Positions 17,511-26,488 of a stretch of DNA of 64,000 nt are shown piece by piece. Source of the stretch: Candidatus Falkowbacteria bacterium (lineage in GTDB: Bacteria > Patescibacteriota > Patescibacteriia > Patescibacteriales > Patescibacteriaceae); NCBI GenBank assembly GCA_903897785.1, contig CAIUCZ010000030.1, positions 18,212 to 82,211 on the forward strand. The letters run 5' to 3'. The notes beneath the pieces are model-generated. The model was not told where the DNA came from and ran no database searches. It saw nothing but the letters and a program-made list of their open reading frames with translations. Both the position numbers and the translations under genes were made by a program. Every line of letters starts with the position of its first letter. Positions within the stretch are counted from its first letter, which is position 1.

Positions 17511-19532
17511 ATGTTTAAGCGCAAAAGACATCATCCGGCTCATCGCCCTAATTTTTTGTTACTCTACGCCGAGCAAATGGAACGCCGGTTGCTGGCCGAA
17601 TTGGGCGGCCTCAAAAAACGGCGGCGCAAAATTTGGCATTTTTACGTCCAATACGGCGCCTTTGTGCTGGCAATTATTTTAGTTTTAACGATTGTCGCGG
17701 CCGGATTATGTTTTGCTCCGTTAAAACAAGTTTATAGCGAAGCGCAGCTCGGCAAATGGTATTTACAGCAAGCCGAGGCCTTTGAACAAAATAAAAATCT
17801 GGCCGTGGCCTTAGCCAATGCTCAGCAAGCCCAAGCCTCTTTAACCAAAGCCCAACAGGATTTTACCGCTCAAGTTGACGGCAAACTGCATTATTTTTTA
17901 ATTTTCAATCCGCTCCTCTCCGAAGTGCGCCATGCCTTGACCGCCTCGAACTTGACCAGCCAGGCAATCACGGCCGGTCTGCAATTAAAAACCGCCTTTG
18001 CTTCAGTTATGCCGGAAGCGCCGGCGACCTTTGCCCGTTATTCTAAAACGCAAAAAACCGAAGTCTTGTCAAAAATCTATGCGGCCGAAACTTCACTGGA
18101 GCAAATCGACAGCGAATTAAAAAGCGCCCAAGCGGAATTGGCGCAAATCAAACTTTTGCCCTGGCTGATCACCGGCAACAGCGCCTTGCTGGAATTGTCC
18201 GGCGCGATTACCGCCAGTCAAAACCGTCTGGCCGGCATTCGACCGCTGGCGCAGGCTTTGCCCAAGCTTCTGGGCTATCCGCAAGCGGCTAACTATCTGG
18301 TTTTTTTTCAAAATAACAACGAGCTGCGCCCGACCGGCGGCTTTTTGGGCAGTTATGGTATTTTGACCGTGCAAAACGGCGAGATTACCGCTTTTAAGAC
18401 TGATGACGTTAATAATCTTGATCGTTTTTCTGTGGGCAAATTGCAGGTAGCTTCGCCGGTGCCGCTAGCCAAATATATCGGCCAACCGAATTTGTTTTTA
18501 CGCGATGCCAACTGGTCGCCTGATTGGCCGACCACGGCTCAAACTTTGGCTTGGTTTTATAATCAAGAAAATAAGAACTTGCCAACACCGCACGCGGAGC
18601 AAAATTTTGTCGGTGTCATCGGCATCACGCCAAATCTGATTAATGACTTTTTGACTTTAACCGGACCGATCAAAGTCGGGACCGACACTTATGATAAGAA
18701 TAATTTTACTTCATTGCTGGAATATAATGTCGAGGTGAATTACAAACAACAAGGTCTGGCCAGGCCTTTGCGCAAAGAAGTGATCGGCCAAGTGGCGCAA
18801 GGTTTGGAACAAAAGATTTTTGCTTTGTCCGCCGCCAATTGGCAGCAGTTGATTTATAAAATAGCGGATAACATCGTTAAGAAAAATATTTTGGTCTATT
18901 TGACTGATCCGCAAATGCAAGTCTTGACCGCCAACACGCTTAATTGGTCGGGCGAAGTCAAAGCTACCGGCGGCGATTATTTCTTGGTGGATGATGCCAA
19001 CTTGGGCGCGCTAAAAACCGACGCTGTAATGAATCGGCGCATCAATTATACTTTGCGCCACACCAAAGACGGGTTGATTGCCGAGTTGCAAGTGGACTAT
19101 GCCAACAGCGGCAAGATTGCCGATTGGCAAACCACGACCTATAAAGACTATGTGCGGGTTTACGTGCCGCAAGGCAGTCAACTGCTGGGCTCGGCCGGCT
19201 GGACGCAAGATAAGACGGCGGTCAGTACTGATTTAGGCAAAACGGTATTTACCGGCTATTTAACGGTTGGATTGGGCCAAATCGTTCATTTGGACCTGCA
19301 ATACAAGCTGCCGGACAGCCTGACCAACGCCATGGTCGCCAATAATCAGTATAGTTTAATCGCCCAGCGCCAGCCTGGCTCCCGCCTCAATTACTTGCAA
19401 ATCGACCTGGCATTTGCTAAACCGATAAAATCATATCAACCTGCCAGTTTATACACTCAGCTGGTCAATGCTCAGGAGGTGCGTTGGACCAGCGACTTTA
19501 GTAATGACAAAAACTACCAAGTACAGTTTTAA
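17511..19532 (+). CDS. DUF4012-like envelope protein
   Basis: N-terminal TM helix and the motif NNELRPTGGFLGSYG, which I associate with DUF4012. 673 aa. Confidence 0.7.
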   Translation: MFKRKRHHPAHRPNFLLLYAEQMERRLLAELGGLKKRRRKIWHFYVQYGAFVLAIILVLTIVAAGLCFAPLKQVYSEAQLGKWYLQQAEAFEQNKNLAVALANAQQAQASLTKAQQDFTAQVDGKLHYFLIFNPLLSEVRHALTASNLTSQAITAGLQLKTAFASVMPEAPATFARYSKTQKTEVLSKIYAAETSLEQIDSELKSAQAELAQIKLLPWLITGNSALLELSGAITASQNRLAGIRPLAQALPKLLGYPQAANYLVFFQNNNELRPTGGFLGSYGILTVQNGEITAFKTDDVNNLDRFSVGKLQVASPVPLAKYIGQPNLFLRDANWSPDWPTTAQTLAWFYNQENKNLPTPHAEQNFVGVIGITPNLINDFLTLTGPIKVGTDTYDKNNFTSLLEYNVEVNYKQQGLARPLRKEVIGQVAQGLEQKIFALSAANWQQLIYKIADNIVKKNILVYLTDPQMQVLTANTLNWSGEVKATGGDYFLVDDANLGALKTDAVMNRRINYTLRHTKDGLIAELQVDYANSGKIADWQTTTYKDYVRVYVPQGSQLLGSAGWTQDKTAVSTDLGKTVFTGYLTVGLGQIVHLDLQYKLPDSLTNAMVANNQYSLIAQRQPGSRLNYLQIDLAFAKPIKSYQPASLYTQLVNAQEVRWTSDFSNDKNYQVQF

Positions 19533-19541
19533 ACACCTCTT

Positions 19542-20549
19542 ATGTTCAGAAAACGAATAAGTATAGATCTGGGAACAGCTTATACTCTGGTTCATGTGCC
19601 GCGCCGCGGTATTGTGATTAACGAACCGAGCGTGGTGGCCATTTCCGTTTTGGATAAAAAAATTTTGACAGTGGGCAACGAAGCCAAAGAAATGTTGGGC
19701 CGCACGCCTGATAATATTGTGGCGGTCCGGCCGTTGAAGGATGGAGTGATTGCCGATTACCGCACAACCGAGGCGATGCTACGCTATTTTATTAACAAGG
19801 CTTTGGGCGGCGTGCGCTTATTGCGGCCGGAAGTAATGGTCGCCGTGCCGTCGGGCGCGTCATCCACCGAACGGCGCGCAGTCATCGATGCGACGATTGC
19901 CGCCGGCGCCAAAGCGGCTTATGTGATTAAAGAACCGATTGCCGCGGCGATTGGCGCCGACATTCCGGTCGGCTCGTCTTCCGGGCATATGATTGTCGAT
20001 ATCGGCGGCGGCACGGCTGAGTTGGCTGTTTTATCTTTGGGCGGTGTCGTCGTTTCTAATTCGATTCGCGTCGGCGGCAATCGCTTGGACGCGGCGATTA
20101 TCGACTTTATCCGCCGCAAATATAATTTAGCCATCGGCGAACGGACAGCCGAAGAAGCCAAAATCAACATCGGCAGCGCCCTTTATTTGGAAGAGAAATT
20201 AACCACCGATCTGAAAGGCCGCGATTTGATCACCGGCTTGCCGCGCACTTTGTCGATTAATTCCGACGACATTACCGAAGCGATTCAAAACGAACTGGAG
20301 ATGATTATCGGCGCGGTGAAAAACTTGTTGCGCGAAACTCCGCCCGAGTTGGCGGCCGATATCATGGACAAGGGTATGGTTTTGTCCGGCGGCAGTTCAC
20401 AACTGCGCAATCTGGATCAATTATTATTCCGTTCGACCGATGTGCCGGCCTTTGTGGCTGATGAAGCGCAACTGTGCGTGGCTAAGGGGATGGGAATAGC
20501 TTTAGATAATCTTAACTCATATAAACGCAGTATCTTCGCGACTAAATAA
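19542..20549 (+). CDS. mreB: rod shape-determining actin homologue
   Basis: IDLGTAYTLV, VAVPSGASSTERRAV, VDIGGGTAE, VLSGGSSQL. Confidence 0.93.
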   Translation: MFRKRISIDLGTAYTLVHVPRRGIVINEPSVVAISVLDKKILTVGNEAKEMLGRTPDNIVAVRPLKDGVIADYRTTEAMLRYFINKALGGVRLLRPEVMVAVPSGASSTERRAVIDATIAAGAKAAYVIKEPIAAAIGADIPVGSSSGHMIVDIGGGTAELAVLSLGGVVVSNSIRVGGNRLDAAIIDFIRRKYNLAIGERTAEEAKINIGSALYLEEKLTTDLKGRDLITGLPRTLSINSDDITEAIQNELEMIIGAVKNLLRETPPELAADIMDKGMVLSGGSSQLRNLDQLLFRSTDVPAFVADEAQLCVAKGMGIALDNLNSYKRSIFATK

Positions 20550-20552
20550 AAA

Positions 20553-20644
20553 TTAATTAACGCACGAAACTACGAATTTTATGCGAATACCGCAAATTAC
20601 ATAGCGAAAGCCACGAATTCGAATTCGCATTTTTCGCATTAATG
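20553..20644. mobile_element. B-family element, reverse-oriented partial copy
   Basis: tacgaattttatgcgaataccgcaaattacatagcgaaagccacgaattcgaattcgcatttttcgcattaatg. This is the reverse complement of the right half of 10055-10175 plus a short terminal arm. Confidence 0.8.
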
Positions 20645-20649
20645 AAAAT

Positions 20650-21906
20650 ATGATAATCGGAATCGATGCCTCCCGCGCTAATCGCTCGCATAAAAGTGGA
20701 ACGGAATGGTATTCCTACTATTTGATTCGTGAATTGGCGCGGCTGGATCACAAAAATCAATATATTTTATACACCGACCAGCCGTTGACCGACGGTTTGG
20801 CGGATTTAACTTTGCCCGACGGCCAATTTTTAAACAAAGAGCCGGAGTTTGAAGGCGGCAATTGGCAAAAAATCATTTCTCCGGGCAAAAATTTTCGCGC
20901 TAAAGTTTTACACTGGCCGTGGAGCTTTTTTTGGACTCAGGGCCGCTTGTCTTGGGAAATGCTATGGCGTGCGCCCGACGTTTTGTTTATTCCGGCGCAC
21001 GCTCTGCCGTTAATCCATCCCAAAAAATCCGTCGTCACTTTACATGACATGGGTTTTGCCCGGCGCAAAAAATTGTATGAAAAAAATCCGATCAGTCTGG
21101 TCAAAGGACTCGATCTTTTAGTGCGCTTGTTGACGCGCGGCAAATACGGCGCCAATTCTTATGATTATCTTTGCTGGTCCACCGAGTTTGCCGTGCGCCA
21201 AGCGCAAAAAATTATTACCATCTCCAACTTTTCCAAGCTGGATATTATTGATTTATATCATCCGCCTTTAGATAAGGTTATTGTTGTCTACAACGGTTTT
21301 AGTAAAAATTTATATCGACCGGCCGATCGAGCGACTGCGGCGGCAATCGGCAAAAAATATAATTTGACTGCGCCTTATGTTTTTTATGTCGGCCGCTTGG
21401 AGCGCAAAAAAAATATCGCCAATTTAATTGAAGCCTTTGCTATTATCAAGGCTCGCCGTAAAGATTTTGCTCATCAGCTGTGTTTGGCCGGCGATGCCTC
21501 TTTTGGCTATGATGAAATAAAATATTTAATGCAAGAATTTGGCTTGGAAAACCGAGTTGTCTTGCCCGGCTGGGTGCCGGAAACAGATTTGCCTGCGCTT
21601 TTTTCCGGCGCGGCTGCTTTTGTTTTTCCCTCAAAGTACGAAGGTTTTGGCATTCCGCTCTTGCAGGCGATGGCTTGCGGCGCACCGATTGCCGCGTCGG
21701 AAGCCGCTTCCATTCCCGAAGTCGCCGGGGAGGCGGCGGTTTATTTTGATCCGGATGATGTTTATGTCATGGCCTTGGCGATTGAGAAAATCCTGTTTAA
21801 CCAAACCTTGAGTGATAACCTGGTTGCGGCCGGGTTGGAACGAGTCAAGCAGTTCGGCTGGAAGCAATGCGCCGGGGAAACGCTGAAAGTTTTGGAAAAT
21901 CTGTAA
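20650..21906 (+). CDS. glycosyltransferase family 4 (GT-B, Glycos_transf_1 type)
   Basis: C-terminal PSKYEGFGIPLLQAMACGAPI (EX7E-type motif). Confidence 0.85.
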   Translation: MIIGIDASRANRSHKSGTEWYSYYLIRELARLDHKNQYILYTDQPLTDGLADLTLPDGQFLNKEPEFEGGNWQKIISPGKNFRAKVLHWPWSFFWTQGRLSWEMLWRAPDVLFIPAHALPLIHPKKSVVTLHDMGFARRKKLYEKNPISLVKGLDLLVRLLTRGKYGANSYDYLCWSTEFAVRQAQKIITISNFSKLDIIDLYHPPLDKVIVVYNGFSKNLYRPADRATAAAIGKKYNLTAPYVFYVGRLERKKNIANLIEAFAIIKARRKDFAHQLCLAGDASFGYDEIKYLMQEFGLENRVVLPGWVPETDLPALFSGAAAFVFPSKYEGFGIPLLQAMACGAPIAASEAASIPEVAGEAAVYFDPDDVYVMALAIEKILFNQTLSDNLVAAGLERVKQFGWKQCAGETLKVLENL

Positions 21907-21909
21907 AAA

Positions 21910-21999
21910 TTACTACAAATACAAATTATTACAAATATACAAATTTCAATCCTCGTTGCGTGCGGATTTAGATATTTGTAATAATTTGTATTTGTAGTA
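21910..21999. repeat. E-family word hairpin (TACAAATA / TATTTGTA)
   Basis: ctacaaatacaaattattacaaatat / atatttgtaataatttgtatttgtag; about 26-bp near-perfect arms. Confidence 0.85.
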
Positions 22000-22132
22000 G
22001 GCTAATATTAGCCAATAATTAGCCACGATTTATCATTGACTTTTACGCCGCTTTGTGCCATAGTTCAGATATATTCAAAGATTGAACATTTACAATCAAA
22101 TATATTTTCAACTTTCAAAAAGGAGTCCTGTG

Positions 22133-22903
22133 ATGGCACGCTTTCTTACCTTAATCCTGGCGGCTTGTTTGCTGCTGATTTTTGCCGACAATGCGGCAAA
22201 TGCTCAAGTCACTTTTTCCGTGCAAAACAACCAAGCGATCGTTTGGTCAACCGGCCGGGTTCAAATCAATCTGCAAATTGTTAATTTAAGCTATGCCAAG
22301 ATTAACAAATTTCAATTCATTCTTTCCATGGTTAACGCCCTGGGCTCAAAAGTTTTGGTCGAGGATTGGAATCCCGGCGGTCGAGATCTTTTGGGTCATC
22401 ACGGTGAGAGTATTCATTATTACACCGCTATGTCCACTCTCGACAGTAACGCCTTAGGCTGGAATAAACTGAATAAATTTTGGATTGATACAGCCAACGG
22501 TTTTTTGCCGCTAAACGCTACCGCGTATACAGTAATGGAAGTCTATGCTGATTTTCCTTTGCCCAGCAATTTGCATCAAGGCGACATTGTTACCGTCATC
22601 ATCGGCAACCTTACCTGCACTCTCGGCGACGGCCAAACGGTTGCGCCGACCAGCAGTACTATTGTCCTGAACATTCCTTTTAATACGACGCTTAGCGCCG
22701 TGGAGGATAAAGTTGCCGCCTTGTTGCCGACCACCTTGGAACAGCTCCGGGCTTGGCAACAACAACATCCCGAGACTCAAATCAGGCTCTATAACTTTCT
22801 CGGCCAAGCGCAAGACATTAATCGCTTAACCGAAAGTTTTTATCTTTATACTATCGAAGACGCCGGTCAAACCGTCAACGGCAAGATTATTTGTCTGCAT
22901 TAA
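22133..22903 (+). CDS. secreted hypothetical protein
   Basis: AAGGAG 7 nt upstream of the ATG at 22133; signal peptide MARFLTLILAACLLLIFADNAANA. Confidence 0.6.
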   Translation: MARFLTLILAACLLLIFADNAANAQVTFSVQNNQAIVWSTGRVQINLQIVNLSYAKINKFQFILSMVNALGSKVLVEDWNPGGRDLLGHHGESIHYYTAMSTLDSNALGWNKLNKFWIDTANGFLPLNATAYTVMEVYADFPLPSNLHQGDIVTVIIGNLTCTLGDGQTVAPTSSTIVLNIPFNTTLSAVEDKVAALLPTTLEQLRAWQQQHPETQIRLYNFLGQAQDINRLTESFYLYTIEDAGQTVNGKIICLH

Positions 22904-22946
22904 TAATTCAGTTCTTTGCAATGATTGATTTTTCTCACTACTTGCA

Positions 22947-22980
22947 ACCCCCAAAGCTACGGCGATGGGGGTCTTTTTAT
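22947..22980 (+). terminator. intrinsic terminator
   Basis: accccc aaagctacggcgat gggggt followed by cttttta. Confidence 0.65.
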
Positions 22981-22981
22981 T

Positions 22982-23156
22982 CTACAAATACAAATTATTA
23001 TCACCGCTTGTCGCGGGATTCCGCCCTCAATTAACAATATAAGTGGCGGAACAAATTTACAAATATCGTTCTCGCAGGTTTTATTTGTAAATTTGCCTGT
23101 CCGCCGTAGCTTTAGCGAAGTTCGAGCGGAGGCGGATGATAATTTGTATTTGTAGG
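22982..23156. repeat. E-family arms enclosing a mosaic of other hairpins
   Basis: ctacaaatacaaattatta (22982-23000) ... taataatttgtatttgtag (23138-23156). The interior holds ggattccgcc/ggcggaac, acaaatttacaaata/tatttgtaaatttg, and ccgccgtagctttagcgaag..cggaggcgg. Confidence 0.8.
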
Positions 23157-23182
23157 AGCATCTTGTTATAATTCAAAGCATT

Positions 23183-25234
23183 ATGAAGGCAAAAATCATA
23201 AACATTATTTTGTTGCTATTAACCGTCGGCTGGACAACCTTGCCGGCGCGAGCGATGGCGCCCAATGATCAATTTTACAACAAACAATGGTACATCAAGC
23301 GCATCATGGCCGACAAAGCTTGGGACAAAATTCATGACGCGCCGAACATTGTTGTCGCTGTGATTGATTCCGGAGTAGATATCAATCATTCTGATTTAAA
23401 AAATAACTTATGGGTTAATCCCAAAGAAATCGCCGGCGACAGCTTGGATAATGATCGCAATGGTTATGTCGACGACATTAACGGCTGGGATTTTGTTAAT
23501 AACACACCCGATCCGTCGCCCAAGTTCAAGTCTGGTTATACGCCCGAAGGCGCTTTGCATGGCACGCTGGTTGCCGGCGTAATTGCCGCCCAAGGCAACA
23601 ATCAGATCGGCGTCTCCGGCCTGGCCTGGCAAGTAAAAATTATGGGGCTAAAAGCCTTGGACGATAAAGGCCAGGGCAAGCTAACCGACATTGTCCGAGC
23701 GATTAATTATGCCGTGGCCAACGGCGCCGATATTATTAATTTAAGTTTTGTCAGCCGCACCACCGGCAAAGACTTGGACAACGCTTTGCGCAATGCTCGC
23801 GCCCATGGCGTGATTGTTGTGGCCGCCGCCGGCAACGAGCAGAGCCAAGGCAATGGATTTTCTCTTGATAAGACGCCCCTGTATCCGGTCTGTTCCGACG
23901 GTTTACCCGGCCAGAATCTAGTTTTAGGTGTGGCGGCGACAGATGCTTTGGACCATAAAACCAACTTTTCCGGCTATGGCCGTAATTGCGTTGACCTGGC
24001 CGCTCCGGGTGTCAGTGTTTTTGGCACAGTGGTTTATAATCAACCGGATTGGCTAAACTTGACCAGTGAAACGCAAAAATCTTATGACGGTTATTGGTCC
24101 GGTACGTCTATGGCTGTGCCTATGGTGTCCGGGGCACTGGCCCTGGTAGAGGCGGCTAACCCGCATCTTACGGCCAGCCAAACAATTAACGTCGTGTTGT
24201 CAACCGCCGACAATATTGAAAGACTTAATCCAAAATACAGCGGCCAGTTGGGCCATGGAAGATTAAATGTGCAAGCGGCGGTTAGCTTGGCTTTGCAAAA
24301 ACTGGCCAATGAACGCGCTTACTTGGCTTTGCCGGTCAGTGACGGCGTCAATGATAGCGTTAAGTTGCTGACTTCTTCCGGTGCGGCCGTTAGAACCGTT
24401 ACTCTCGGTAAAACGCTTAACCGGCCGTTTGTCGTGGCCAGCGGCGATGTTAATGGCGATGGTCAAAACGAATTGATTGTGGTTGACAATCCGCCGGCCG
24501 GCAATGTTTCGACAAAAATTTTGGTGCGCATTTTTGATTTTTCCGGCAAGCTATTGAATAATTTTGCGCCGGTCGCTTGGCCGCAAGGTGCCAATGTTGC
24601 CGTAGCCGATTTTGACAATGACGGCCAAGCGGAAGTCGCCTTAAGTCCGATCGGCGGAGCCGCGGCCGAAATTCTGGTTTTTAAAAACAACAGTAAATTT
24701 ATGCGCCGCTGGCTGGCCTTTGCCCAAAATTTTAACGGCGGCGCCAGTTTGACCATAGTAAAATCCAACAACAAAACTTTATTGGCCGTCGGCCAAGGTG
24801 TTGGCGGCAGCGGTATGATTCGCTTGTTTGACTTATCAGGCAAACTGCAAACTGAATTTTCCTTTGGCGAAAATTTTAGCGGCGGGCTAAACTTGGCGGC
24901 AGTTAATCTTGATGATCATAGCTGGCGCACCGGCAATCAAGCGTTGTTGGTGGCCGGTTTTGGTCCGACCGCCAACGATCAAGCCAAACTTTTTTCCTTG
25001 GACGGCAAACAATTAATCAGCTTTGCGCCGTTTAATAAAGACGGCGCCGTCGGTTTGCGCTTGGCGGCCGGAGATTTTAATAATCAAGGCGCCAGCCAGT
25101 TGGTCTTTGCGCCGGACAACAATCAACGTCAAGACTTGCGTTTCTTTTCTTTGGATGGCAAACCGCTTAATTATTTGGCGTCATCGGCCAAGCTGTTTCC
25201 CTATGGATTGCATCTGACGACGGTGAGCCGATAA
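23183..25234 (+). CDS. S8 (subtilisin-like) serine peptidase with C-terminal FG-GAP/VCBS-like repeats
   Basis: Signal peptide. Catalytic triad context VIDSGVD, HGTLVAG and SGTSMAVP. C-terminal half has GDVNGDGQNELIV, ADFDNDGQAEVAL and GDFNNQGASQLVF. Confidence 0.9.
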   Translation: MKAKIINIILLLLTVGWTTLPARAMAPNDQFYNKQWYIKRIMADKAWDKIHDAPNIVVAVIDSGVDINHSDLKNNLWVNPKEIAGDSLDNDRNGYVDDINGWDFVNNTPDPSPKFKSGYTPEGALHGTLVAGVIAAQGNNQIGVSGLAWQVKIMGLKALDDKGQGKLTDIVRAINYAVANGADIINLSFVSRTTGKDLDNALRNARAHGVIVVAAAGNEQSQGNGFSLDKTPLYPVCSDGLPGQNLVLGVAATDALDHKTNFSGYGRNCVDLAAPGVSVFGTVVYNQPDWLNLTSETQKSYDGYWSGTSMAVPMVSGALALVEAANPHLTASQTINVVLSTADNIERLNPKYSGQLGHGRLNVQAAVSLALQKLANERAYLALPVSDGVNDSVKLLTSSGAAVRTVTLGKTLNRPFVVASGDVNGDGQNELIVVDNPPAGNVSTKILVRIFDFSGKLLNNFAPVAWPQGANVAVADFDNDGQAEVALSPIGGAAAEILVFKNNSKFMRRWLAFAQNFNGGASLTIVKSNNKTLLAVGQGVGGSGMIRLFDLSGKLQTEFSFGENFSGGLNLAAVNLDDHSWRTGNQALLVAGFGPTANDQAKLFSLDGKQLISFAPFNKDGAVGLRLAAGDFNNQGASQLVFAPDNNQRQDLRFFSLDGKPLNYLASSAKLFPYGLHLTTVSR

Positions 25235-25272
25235 GCTTAATTAATTTAGTTTTAACTGTTTCAAATAAATTA

Positions 25273-25354
25273 GTTCTTAAAGTTTATAAAGTTACAAAGT
25301 TCATAAAGTGTCGCGCTTTATAACTTTAAGAATTTTATATCTTTTAACTTTAAC
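25273..25354. repeat. D-family word hairpin
   Basis: gttcttaaagtttataaagttacaaagttcataaagtg / ctttataactttaagaa...cttttaactttaac. Confidence 0.8.
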
Positions 25355-25357
25355 TCT

Positions 25358-26386
25358 ATGTTCAAACGCGCCATTTTCGACAAAAAAAACGTTTTAGTTC
25401 TGGGCGGAGCCGGTTTTATCGGCTCGCATTTGTGCGATCGCTTGGTACAAACAGCCAAAGTGATTTGTATTGATAATTTTTCCACCGGCACGGAATACAA
25501 TATCGATCATTTGTTGGCTAACCCTAATTTCAAGTTTATCAAAGCCGATTTATCAGAACCGCTTAGTTTGGAAAGCCAACCGGAGTTGGCGAGCTTTAAG
25601 GTAGAATTTCAAGGCGTGCAAGAAATTTATAATTTGACTTGCCCGACTTCACCGCTTGATTTTCATAAAAATAAAATCGCCAATTTGTTGGCCAACTCAT
25701 ATGTCGTTAAAAATGCTTTGGACTTGGCGCAAAAATATCAAGCCAAGCTGTTGCATTTTTCTTCGTCCGTGGTTTATGGCGCGCGCCGTTCTTCGGAGCG
25801 CGTCGCTGAAGAATTTGTCGGCGCTTTGGATCCGCTGGCCGAACGCGCGTCGTATGACACGGGCAAATGTTTTGCCGAAACGATGGTGCGTACATATCGC
25901 GATGTTTATAATCTTGATGCCAAAATTATCCGCTTGTCGCGCATTTACGGTCCGCGCATGCCCTTGAATCAAGGCCATCTTCTGCCGGATTTTATCGCCA
26001 ACGCCTTGGACAATCGTGATTTGGTCATTTTTGGCAACGAAACCTTTGCCACCTCGTTTTGTTATGTCGACGATTGTTTGGCGGCGATTGAAAAATTGAT
26101 GAACTCCGAGTTGGCCGGGCCGTTAAACGTCGGCTCCGATTTTGATGTTAACTTGACGGAAATGGCCAAGCGAGTAATTGCTATGACCGGTTCACAATCA
26201 AAAATCGTTTATACTGACGAGCATTTGTTCATCACGTCTTTGCCCTTGCTGGATATTACCAGAGCGCGCGAACAGCTGGGTTGGATTCCGTTGGTTTCAT
26301 TGGAACATGGTTTGGAAAAAACGATTGATGATTTGCGGGCGAGCAAAAATCTAAAGCGGACGGACTATGCGCAGAGCGCAGCTTAA
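25358..26386 (+). CDS. extended SDR NAD-dependent epimerase/dehydratase, UDP-glucuronate decarboxylase-like
   Basis: GGAGFIGSHLCDRL, SSSVVYG, YDTGKCFAE (YxxxK), RIYGPRM. Confidence 0.85.
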   Translation: MFKRAIFDKKNVLVLGGAGFIGSHLCDRLVQTAKVICIDNFSTGTEYNIDHLLANPNFKFIKADLSEPLSLESQPELASFKVEFQGVQEIYNLTCPTSPLDFHKNKIANLLANSYVVKNALDLAQKYQAKLLHFSSSVVYGARRSSERVAEEFVGALDPLAERASYDTGKCFAETMVRTYRDVYNLDAKIIRLSRIYGPRMPLNQGHLLPDFIANALDNRDLVIFGNETFATSFCYVDDCLAAIEKLMNSELAGPLNVGSDFDVNLTEMAKRVIAMTGSQSKIVYTDEHLFITSLPLLDITRAREQLGWIPLVSLEHGLEKTIDDLRASKNLKRTDYAQSAA

Positions 26387-26421
26387 TTTTATTTAGTTGA
26401 TAATTTTTACGTAGCACGACC

Positions 26422-26482
26422 CTTAAGTTATAAAGTTCATAAAGTTGAAAGTTCTTAAAGTGATAATTTTTTCAACTTTTAA
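26422..26482. repeat. D-family word hairpin
   Basis: cttaagttataaagttcataaagttgaaagttcttaaagtg ... ttcaacttttaac. Confidence 0.75.
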
Positions 26483-26488
26483 CCACAC

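Noticed and set aside
22925-23155. Track ORFs inside repeat mosaics (22925-23155, 22036-22284, 45396-45581, 51884-52072, 9954-10208, 20557-20760, 28086-28277).
   Set aside because: They are made entirely of repeat words (for example SFSEVRAEADD, LEAGIWNLE, ANTANCIAKAANSNS). Repeat translation explains them.
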